A stretch of 64,000 bases of DNA from the NCBI RefSeq assembly GCF_963676685.1, contig NC_092352.1, positions 28,396,001-28,460,000 of the forward strand, in the 5' to 3' direction. Both the position numbers and the translations under genes were made by a program. Positions 48,101 through 60,100 of the stretch are shown here, one piece after another. The DNA comes from Mytilus edulis. Its lineage: Eukaryota. The notes below the pieces were generated by a model. It was not told where the DNA came from, did not search any database, and saw nothing but the letters and a program-made list of their open reading frames with translations. The stretch's first letter is position 1; every line of letters begins with the position of its first letter.

Positions 48101-51100
48101 GAAAGTTTGTGACTTTTCTCCCTTTTAAGAAAAAATATGCACATATTTTTTCAACTTATTTGTTATAATTGATTGAAAAAATACATATCTAAGAAATTTG
48201 AAAAGAAAAAAGAATGTGGGATGTACATGTTTCTGGTAAAATCATTTTTTGTATTCCTCACCCATTTTCTCAAAATTTTGGCTACAAAGACTGACTTGAT
48301 TGGTAATAAAATTTGAAAAATTGATTACTCAAAAACTACTCATTGGAAATACCCAATTTTTTCGCAGAGTTAAGTTTGATTATAACATTTTTTAAATTCA
48401 TTGATATTTTCCACTTGTATAACATATTTTTAAAAAAATTCCAGAACGAGATTTCAACGAGACTGAAACGTCAGAAGAATACATCCTTAAGTTGGGATGG
48501 TTGATACAACCTTTTTAAAAGTCATGTCTCTTAATTTCTAGGTTAGAAATATTCTCTATAATATCCAATGCTCCACTTATTCAAATTATTCTCCTGTTCA
48601 TTCTTTTGGACAATTGTCACAATTTTCAACAGCCCTTTAGGAGAAGATTATCTCCCCTAACTGAAATGAATTGCTATACAGATGTATGACATAGCTTGAA
48701 ACAGATAACTTCCTATACCTTGGTATGGATGATTTCCACAACCTCCAGCAGTAAGTCCCCTTATCCATGCATCATGGTAAACTGTTACTTCCCAATTTTG
48801 TTTTCTCTGTAAAATAAATCCAAAAATAAATAGGTCTAACAATCTCTGGAAAGTCTTCATTATGAAAATTTCTATACCACACAATATGCTTGAGCAAAAA
48901 AATGTACTTGTACACTTTTTGTTAGCTTGTTACTATTTTTATTTAGTTATTCCGTGATTTGTGGTCACAACATTATACGTTTTTCGTTGATGAAGGTGAT
49001 GATCGGTGATGGTGATGATGATGTTTGATGTATGATGAGATTGATATATGATGTGACCACTTGATATAATGTTGTGACCACAGCATATAATGGTGTGAGC
49101 ACTGCATATAATGTTGTGAGCACTGCATATAATGCTGATCATTAACATAAGGCAGTAATGGCGTTCCAAAAACACAAGCTTCTTACTTCCATATCATCTT
49201 CAGAACCTTAAGTGAGCAAGCTCGGATACCCCTCAGTCAAAAAGATTTAAAGGGGAAATATTGTTCAACGCAAATCTATACTCTAACTAAAACAACCAGA
49301 CTGACAGACCAACTAAAGACAGAGTGAATGATTGAATGACAGACATGTCAAACAATATATAATCCATAAGATATAGGAAGATATGGTATGAGTGCCAATG
49401 AGGCAACTCTCCATCTAAGTAACAATTAATAAAAGTAAATCATTATAGGTCAAGGTACAGCCTTTAACACAGAGCCTTGGCTCACCCCAAACAGCAGCTT
49501 TCTCTAAGTGAGGGGTATAATAATTTGATTTTAGTAGTCAATATTTGTTCTTAATATATATTTAACAAATACCTCATCATTGGCTATTTCTGATGTTAAT
49601 GAATCTGGCTGTAAGTGACACAATTGGATTTCATCAAAGTTTCTTAATACATCTATAAATGGTATCCTGTGGAAATAAAATAAAACATAGAAAAATGTAT
49701 CACACAATACTCAACCAAAAATGTATCACACAATACTAAACCAAAAATGTATCACACAATACTCAACCAAAAATGTATCACACAATACTCAACCAAAAAT
49801 GTATCACACAATACTCAACCGAAAATGTATCACACAAATACTCAACCGAAAATGTATCACACAATACTCAACCAAAAATGTATCACACAATACTCAACCG
49901 AAAATGTATCACACAATACTCAACGAAAAATGTATCACACAATACTCAACGAAAAATGTATCACACAATACTCAACCGAAAATGTATCACACAATACTCA
50001 ACGAAAAATGTATCGCACAATACTCAACCAAAAATGTATCACACAATACTCAACCAAAAATGAAGAGATCTAATATGAGTGCTATACAGAAATATAAAAG
50101 AGTAGTGTGACGAAGCACCCATGCATTAAACTAGATTTAAAAGAGAAACATACTTAACACTTTTCGATATGAACATAAATAAAGTATGGTTATGACACTA
50201 AAATATATGATAATTTAAACATTACATATGTATCACTGTTTATCAACAATAGTTTACAGTTTATCAGGACATCTGTCCTCTAATAGTTTTTTAGGCATGG
50301 TAACAGCATTCAGTACAGATTTCTCATGTTTTATAAAGTGCAGTAAAAAAAATTATTGAAGAGATTATTTTGCTGAAAAATACAAGCAACATCATTATGA
50401 GTATATTTGAAGAATTACCAGAATTCACCATCATCTGTAATGACTATTCCAAGTTTTGTCCGTGCTTCCTGTGAAATGTTCCTGATTTCATCTGAGCTAC
50501 AAAAAACCAGCCATTTGTACCAACAAATTTACACGAAAAAAAAATGTTTTTAAGTCATGCTTAATTCAATAAAACTAACAATTATTAGGTCTTTCCACTT
50601 TTCTGTGGAAAGACCTATTGTTTTTCTTCTGATTATTTTTTTTTTCTTTCGCCTAATAATGTTCTTGCAATAAATATTTCTTTCGCAATATGTCACTTAG
50701 ATATTTGGTATATGATATGGAACAGTTTATGCGCTTTTGAAATTTACCCTGCGTAACCGAATACTTTTCTTTGTAGGAGTTATCTCCCCAAACACTGTTT
50801 TCCTTGTGTCCACGACTCCTTCGCAACCGTAAAAGATTACGACAAATTTATTTTATAAAATTGCTCGTTATAACCTTCGCATGATTTGTCCAATTTCGAC
50901 CGAAGCAATATGAACGCTCCATATGAGAGTTATTTCCCCTTTTTTATTTGAAATTTTGAAATGTATTTTAAACTGAAACACCATAAGTGATAGAGACCTA
51001 GGATCTTTTGATTTGAGGTCCTTGGTCCAAAAAAATGAAAATTTGGTCAAGGTCAAAGGTTAAGGTCATTTTCTAATTTTTTGAATTAGGCTTATTTCCA

Positions 51101-54100
51101 CTCATTTCCAGAAACTGTATAAGATATCGACAAATTATTTTGACTAAATTGTTAGTTGCGACATGTCGTAACTTAATAATTTTAGTTGAAAGGGTGCGTA
51201 GACAATGAATGGGAGTTTTTGCCCCTATCATATCTAAAATTATGCGTAAAGTGATATAACTTATTAATCATACATATTAGAGACCTAGGGTCTTTTGATT
51301 TGAGATCCTCAGTTTGTGACCTTCAAATTGAGGTCAAGGTCATAGGTTAATTTGACATTCTAGATTTTGACCTTTGCTTTAAATTCATATCTATACATCA
51401 TAAAGCCATATGAACTGACATTTTAGACTTGATTTTAATATTTTAATATCAAAATAGATATTAACTGGTGGAAAGACCTTCAATTGTTCTCTGAACAATT
51501 GGTTTTTAATTGTTTATAAGATTTCTAGTGTGAAAAATGGAACAGCTGTCAAAAGAAAACAATAAAAATCTTGTTATTTATAATTTTATTACAAGTAAAA
51601 TTATGTATTACATGCATTGTAGATGCTTGTACATAATTTCTGTTTTTCTTTTATACAATCCCTATCTTTAAAAATTTCTTCTGAAGTTGTCTGACTGATC
51701 TATTATCTCTTTCTTTGTCTGTGTTGCTCTATTCATTGAACAAATAGCTACATTTCAAACATTGGCTTAATTTCAAAAGTAAAAGCCACTTGAAAATCTT
51801 AACTACTTATAAAAATCTCTATTAAAGGGACTTAGTTTTGGTGATCGGTTAATACTTGAGTGCAAGAGACTGTAGGTTCAGTTTAAATTCAAACTAAAGA
51901 ATTCAATACTGGATACCACAGATTTTTTTATATAAACATCAAACTTATCCAACAAATCTTGCATTCCATATCAATTTTTAAATAAAAACTAAGCAACTTA
52001 CTGATCAGACCAGTCTCCCTTCCATTCTGATCTGCCCCATGGATTTCTAAGACGTAACAACTGTATATTGTTGCCTCTGTATGGTACCTGTATGAAAATT
52101 CATCAGTATCAAAATTGTTTTTAATCTGAAAACTACTAGTCCTTTCTTCTCATTATATGATAGAATCATTTTCATAACAGCATGGACAAGACCATTACTT
52201 GGCGGGCTCAGGTTATCAATTGACTGGTCAGATTAGGTGAATGTTCGTCTCTAACACCAACTCGTCAGGTGGTACATGTACTGTTGCATTCTAAACGTCT
52301 AAATCAGATACTAATATGAATAACAAGCAGAGGACTTAACCTTGTGTGTTGATTTAAATGTTGAATACTTAAACTTTCTTGTTTTGTTCTTGTGCACCTA
52401 CATGTGATTTACTTTATTCTATTTGAATCCCCATTGGAAGGCCCCTGACAGACTGAGTGAGTGAAAATCACTGTTATCGATAGCTGATGACAAACGCGTT
52501 TAAGATAAATGATTCAGACTTGTTATTACCAACATAAATATTGCTGTTGTCCACGCTGTTATGAAAATGATACAATTGTCATAAATGATTTCTGAATGGA
52601 GCTTTCATTCATTAAAAAAAAAATCCAACATTACATAAGAAATGGTCACATTAATAAATGTTAAAATGAAAGTGCAACATTTAATATTTAGCATGTTAAG
52701 GACAATTGGTTCAGTAATTTGGAATCCAGTGTTGCAAAATTTGATATTTCTATCTTAGAATGAAATAATCCATCAAAAAAGATATTATACATTTTCTAAT
52801 GAACTTATACATCCATTGTATCTATTTTCAAAATCAAATTTAATTATTATCATTTTTCACGATCACATTTTATTTTTAAATAAAAGTATATTAGAAGGCA
52901 TATTTGAACAGATATATATGTAGCTATAACAATAATCTCTATAAACATACCGAAGCAATTCCTGTTATGCTGTAGGCATGTCCCATGAACAAACCATTGG
53001 TCATCTCAACTTCTGGTGTATTGGCATTTTCTGGTAACTACAAAAAATCCCTGCCATCATTCTATATGTATTTTGTACAGTCCTCTTTCTATTTATTGGA
53101 ACCAGTAAATTAGGGTGGCTCAAGTTAAAGTTACATATATTTATGTGAGTATTGAGTATGTTACTATACTCAATTAAAGCCAGAGTTTGGACATGATGGA
53201 CTGTTTGTAGTGATAGTATCACCAAATGTCTACATTCAATAAAAATATAAATTTATCATAACTGATAAAACTGAACTCAAACGGTTTGAAAACTTAAAAT
53301 ATTGTTGACAATGTGATTTAATAAAAGGTTAGACACACAAACATCTGTCACAGAAACTCTGCAAAGTTATCTATTAAGTATTATATATATCTAGCCAATT
53401 ATTGACCAAAAAAAACCCGAACATTTCTATTCAACAAAATTTTCAAGGTTTCAGTCAAATTTCACTGATTGTCTTTGAATGTACACTGTTAGCTATTGGG
53501 ACTAAAAAATCATTGTCTCAATTCATAAAATTATGTATTAGCAATTTCTTGAGTGTTAAAAAATATCTATTTGACTTAAATTTTTCCAAAAAACTTACAT
53601 GAATACTAGCACCCATTAAGGAATTCATCTGATAACTTTTCCATACTAGATCATATAAATTATGTTGTATCTTTGACTTGTCTTTCAGATCTATATATTC
53701 TGATATTGAACCAGTCATATCTACGATGGCATCTTGTAATTTACCGCCATCTAATGCTTCGTAATTACCTCGCAATCTACAAGATATAAATAATAGTATA
53801 GCCCTTCTGCATGTAAGGGAGCAAGAAACTCAATCTAGTTACCATGCAATATACAAAGTGAAAACATATGTTTTGTTACTAAGGAAGAGGACACAAACTT
53901 CCATTTCAAAAACAAAACAAGAAAAAAGAGATTTTTGAAAGAACACTGTCACAGCTAGTAATAAATCTATAAATTAAATTAAAAAAGCTTTATTTTCTTG
54001 AGATAAATTGGTTTATTTTTACTTTTATTTTTGTTAGTTTGAAATGCTGCATCAAAGGTAAATTAAGAGTAGATTTGACAAAAAAGAGGAAAAGGTTTTA

Positions 54101-57100
54101 TACAAGTGAACGGCTTAGTATTACAATAAAATATGTGTACAAAGACTTTCTTCGAAAAGAAAATTGTTTATTCTATTTAATTTTCAGATATATACTGCTT
54201 TTGAATGATGTTTTGTAGTACCCTTATTCATATTCAGCTTTCAGTGAACTTGACCATGACACCTGTTGTTCAAAACACATCAATATCACACACAGCCCAA
54301 GTTCTCAGGTTTAAAAGTATCCTTTTTCAGTATTTTAGTTCTTTTATCACAATACAATAAAACATAGTGTCAGAAATACTGCATTTTTTAGATTTTTTTT
54401 CAAGAAGCATTTACATTAAAGATTTTAAAGATGATGAGAGCGAATATTTTTGTAAAGTATAAGTGTGGACACAGATCAGTGTGGAACAAATTTAAAAAAA
54501 AAATTGTGTTAGTGTGCTTGACAGTGTTATCATCACCAAGTTTATAATTGGATAAGAGTAGATTTTTAATTGCAAAAGGTCACCTACAGACCCTTCATAG
54601 AGTTGTTGCAATGTTTTCTGTATGTGGAGGGAACTGTCTCACTGAAAATGTGAGGTATACAAAAAACATACTTAGCATAAGCTTTCTCCAGGAGAGCTGG
54701 CCAAAATTCATCTGGATCACTCCTGTTTCTGGCATATATCAGCTGCATGCCATCTGTTGGTAGTAAATCATCAACGATGACCTCCACCCATTTACCATAC
54801 CACCAAAAGTTAAAACGAAATAAACCTAAAGTAAAAAGAATAAAGTTATAATCTGAATGAGAATGAAATAGAGTAAATTTTTAAGATGGATAAAAGGGGT
54901 GAATGATACCAAACAAACATTTGAATTCATAAGTAGAAAATAAACTGACAAGGCCAAACAATCTTTTCTTGTTTTTTGGATTGTTATTTCATACATTTGC
55001 TAAATGTGTACAGGAAAAAAATTAAAGATTCTCTCTATTTACCAGAGTTTTTGCAAAAAACTACAATAAGGACAGAAGTCTTTAATAAATATAAAAGGTT
55101 ATATATTCTTAGGTCTTTTCCTGTCCATTTAAATTTTGAAAGTTGAGCCGTCTATACATCTAAACATATCTCCGTAGTCCTTGTCAAAGTCTTGGTCTAT
55201 TGGTATATATCTTAAAATTCCAGCATAGTCCTTGTCAAAGTCTTGGTCTATTGGTATATATCTTAAAATTCCAGCATAGTCCTTGTCAAAGTCTTGGTCT
55301 ATTGGTATACATCTGTTGTCTGTTCTATCGTTGGGTTGTTGTCTCTTTGACACATTCCCCATTTCCATTCTCAATTTTTTTATCTAAACATACCTGCATT
55401 TTTTTGTGGGAAAAATTTGGTTGATCATGTAGGAAATCACTGAAGCATAACTGGAGTGGGCCCTCTCTTAGGCAATCATTGGGCCGCCACTGTTTTTGGT
55501 TTATTGATACACATCTAAAACATACCTGCATAATCTCTGTCAAAATCTTGGTCTATTGGTACACATCTAAACAATAGTTTAGGTATAGTAGATACCACAG
55601 CTGCTCCTGCTATGAACCAACAGTTTCCTATAATATTTTAATATTTTAAATAGCATGTTAAAGAATAAACTGAAACATAAGTAGACTTATATATTTGAAT
55701 AAAGGATATGTATGTTATCAAACGAAAGAGACAACATCCCAACAATAAAATAAAACAAAGGAAACATCCATGAAAGGATATTCTATATCATCATCATAGA
55801 TCTATGTCAGCATCACATTACCATCAACATCTCATCATCATCAGCTTACCGCCAACATCTCATCAGATCATCATTGAGGATCATCATCATCATCATCTTA
55901 ATTACCATCAATATTTCGTCATGATAATTATATCATCATCATCCTTCCATCAACATCTTCATTTCTCCAGTTTAAAAATATATGACTGCAGAGCCATGTA
56001 ATTATATACAGATAAATTGTAGTCTAACACAGCATCATGTTTAAGGTTCAGTTTGAGCGGTGTTTCATGTTGTATCATGTTTCTCAATTAGGAAATTTGA
56101 CACATTAACTGCATGATGATTGACATGCCTTTATATCGTACTTAACTTCTCCTCTAGTACAAACGTTGAAGTGATTTCATTTCAATTTTATATCTGGTAA
56201 TTCTACTATAGGTAAATATGTACTGCTAGGTCTACCTTAGGTAATCTACGTTATTCAGTCCTGAACATGCTTGAAATATTTGCTACTGGACGCTAATCAA
56301 TCGTTCGATCAATTTGGATAGTTGTCGTCAATTGGCAATCATACAACACCTCCTTGTCATATAATAATGTCTTCAAGATATAATTTCCACATCTTAACTT
56401 TAAAACGATTCATAGGTTAATGGTCAATGAAAATGTAACTGTGAATATGAACACATGTATTGCTTATACCAGGTTGTTACTTCACATAATTGGTTTTTAA
56501 AATCACATCCCTTTCCTAATCAAGTAAAAGATATCATCTTTGTTTTACTAACCATAAAGTGTTGATACCTACAATTTAGTTCAATGAAACTACTGTAAAC
56601 ATTACTTGTTTTACAGCATCGTTTATCTCATTCTAACTCACCTAAAACTCCTTGGTATAAATCATGCCTCGAAAGTCCGGCTTTTACGAATCTAGGATTA
56701 ACAACTAGGTCCTGGAAGGAAACGTATTTTATGTGAATTAAATATAAATTTTGTATGCTATTACACGACCCTAATCTATGTCCTTTCTAGTTTTACAACT
56801 TAGCGCGTAGTTATATGTGCGGGATATAACAACATAAGTCGAAATGGGGACATTTGAATTGATATCTAATGTTGGGAGAATGTCACGATCCCCGAACGGA
56901 ACCTCTTCAGCAGTTCTTTGGTGGAGATACTTGCCACTGAACGTTAAGCAAATACAATGGTAAATCGTTGGATTACGTTTGACGTCGTGAAATTAATCCA
57001 AGATAAGAAATATCGAGTGACCCAGAGTCCTAATGTGGCATACAACAAAGTCTAAACAATTCAGAGTATGCTACAAAAAGTTAAGTATTCTCAAGTAAAT

Positions 57101-60100
57101 AAATAAAGCCGTTAGTTTTCTTGTTTGAATTGTTTAACATTGTCATTTCGGGGCCTTTTATAGCTAACTATATGCGGTATGGGCTTTGCTCATTGTTGAA
57201 GGCCGTACGGTGACCTACAGTTGTTAATTTCTGTGTCATTTTGGTCTCTCGTGGAGAGTTGTCTCATTGGCAATTATACCACATCTTCTTTTTTATACAT
57301 CAAGTAAGTATACCACACATTGATACGCATCTACATGTCATTTCTCACTTTTTAACTTACTACCAGACAAGTGATTACTTGAGCAAGAGTTGTACGTCCT
57401 CAGTTTAGAGAATATGTTTTGTTAGGGTTGGTGTTGCTTATTTTCCAGTTTTTATTTTTAATTTTTTTTTGTAAAGGTTTATTATGCATTTGTTATATTA
57501 AGTTTTCGAAGAAAGTGAGTTGATATCGTGATAGATGTGTCTAACCGTCTTTCCGTTTGTCCGTCCGAAGATATTTGAAAGTATACTAATACATATGACA
57601 TTTTAGTATACAAGTTAAACGCTTCGGTAAATTTCGAATAGCACACTGTGGTGTGTTGAAGGATGGAAATTTTTCAGGCATTAATTTCAATTGTCACAAG
57701 ACGGAAATAAAGTCCTTGTTTTTCTTTTAAAATTTGTTCCAAAAGAGTCCTGATGCTAATTTGTGTGTGTTATCAGACGTCTGGAAGTCGGTTAAGCGAC
57801 GGGGAAAATTAATGAAATTTTCTTTCTTTTTATAACATTGAACTACTAGTATTGAAACATTCATATGAAGATCCCGAAACATGAAAAAAAAGCCTTAGTT
57901 TTCTTTATTTGAGTGTGAACAAATGATATATCATCTTACTGCCTATCGTAAGCTACTTCCTTAGTTTCAGTTGAAATACATACCAATGTACCATTAGCCA
58001 GCAATGTGCATTTATACGTCACCAGTTACAAAATTGTATAGCATACACGAGTTGATAAATGTTTTATTGCCAGTATAAGGACAAAATCATAACTAAGATG
58101 ATAAAAGTATTGTACATAGGTGTTGTTAATATTACGCACATCTCATAAATATGTACTAAAAGGAGCACCACAATAACCCACGTTCGACATTGAAGGCATT
58201 GAATGATAGCACATTGGTCTTTAATGTCCAGTGGCAATTATTACACCTGTATCATATATATTAGTGACATACAGACTTCAAAACCCTGCTTTGTACCATA
58301 CTGACTTACTGAGTTGTATTTTTACGCTCGTGTTTACAAGGTTACAGTCAGCAGGACGAAAGTCCTTCATTAAATGACGACCTAATATACCACAATTTAT
58401 ATGAATTTTGAAAGTTGTATCTATTGTATATACATACAGCACTTTAAGCAGTACATGAGCAATTGGCCATGTCTTAGAATATGACGGGATTTTTTTTTCG
58501 AGACCATTAGCCAGGTCAGCTTATACAAGTCCACACAAAACCTAATTAACCAGTGCAACTGAACGAAATCCAAAAAAAAACATGTTTGTAGCAGAAAGTT
58601 TACGGTAAGGGCCCATACTTTGTTCTGTTCTTGAACGAAAACTGGTTGAAAAAATGACATAATTTGAAGCTTGAATTCCTAATGATCAACCTACAAGTAC
58701 GAACAACGTTAACATAAGGCGACAGTTAGGACATATCTACGAAAATCTCGTAATTAAATTTCTATGTCATTTTATACACCCAGTATATAGCTTCTTTGAT
58801 AAGAATTTTGAAATCTATGTTACCCCATCTGGATTCTAAGAGACTCTACAGTGTGCTTTTGATACGAAAATTCCAGGCACATAAGAAAATGCTGTCATTC
58901 TACAAATTATGTGAACCTACTAGTAGAGTTGTATTCAATTGTTCACAGTTTACTAGAATCCTCAATGACACAATCGTATATCTATCATTTTGTCGTAGAA
59001 GATCCTTCGGCAGAAAACTGGCGATAAAAATAATATTTCACGAAGGTGTGAAATAGTAAATATGACAATAAATTGACGACAGCAGTAATTTGTTAATAAT
59101 ATATCTAATAATTTTGAAGTGGAGGTCACTATCCGATTCATCATCTGGACGATGTGGGTGGACTTATACATTTAATTCGGGAAATCAGTTCTGTGTTGGG
59201 AGGGAGCTTTTGCGAACAAAGAGTTGAGGGGAGCTGGCTGGGTTCATGACGCCCTAACGTGAAATAGAAATATAGAATAATAATAAAAAGAAAAGAATAA
59301 TGACAACATCAGCCACTATATATAAAAAAAAATGTAATAAAAATGCGATCTAAATATTATGACGATGACACTTACAGGTTGGCGGCAAAATCTATGTCGG
59401 CAATAATGTCGACATTTCTAAACATAAAAAAATATATGGGCTTTACAAAAAAACAAAGGACTTGCACAGAACGTTAATGATCTATACAATATACACTTTG
59501 CTTTATAGTAAGCGAAAATCAAAAAGATCAATAGATAACAAGACCTTTATTTGTATATCTTTACGTCCTTATGAAAGGTAAGACATAAAAAGATAAACTT
59601 GGTATGTAGCTCTTTTGATAAAAACAATAAAAAAAAGTTATATTTTACCGGCCAAATTTATATTTGATTTTTAATTTTTGGTGTTTTAAAGCCATATTTT
59701 AAGCACTGCATTTAAGCTATTTCGTGGAGGCCAGTTTTTAATTGGTGGAGGTAGCCCCATATTTCTATATTTTATAGATGTACCGCATTGTAATATACAT
59801 TGGTCACAAATGCCAGAAAAAATAAAAATACGGCATTCAACCAGAAACTCGTCTGAATATGCATGAAATGTTTGCCACTGGACAAGCAACAATTGTTGTA
59901 TTTCCAAGGTGTTGTTTTTGGCATCAATTAATAATATCAATAATATGGGTTCATTTTTTTCAAGGTTACACATTTTCGTAAATGTGTTTTTTTTATGGAA
60001 GATATCTGATGCAAATGTTTTGCAAATGTTTATATGCAAGTCTTAGATACACAATCTAATTTTAAATTAATTTAATTCGTGGTTTACAGTTATCCACGAA

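Noticed and set aside
49691-50110. Regular short repeats and three overlapping repetitive ORFs (CRISPR-like or repeat protein?)
   Set aside because: Head-to-tail 26-bp units with no unique spacers, in a eukaryotic intron with no cas genes; the ORFs are by-products of the repeat.
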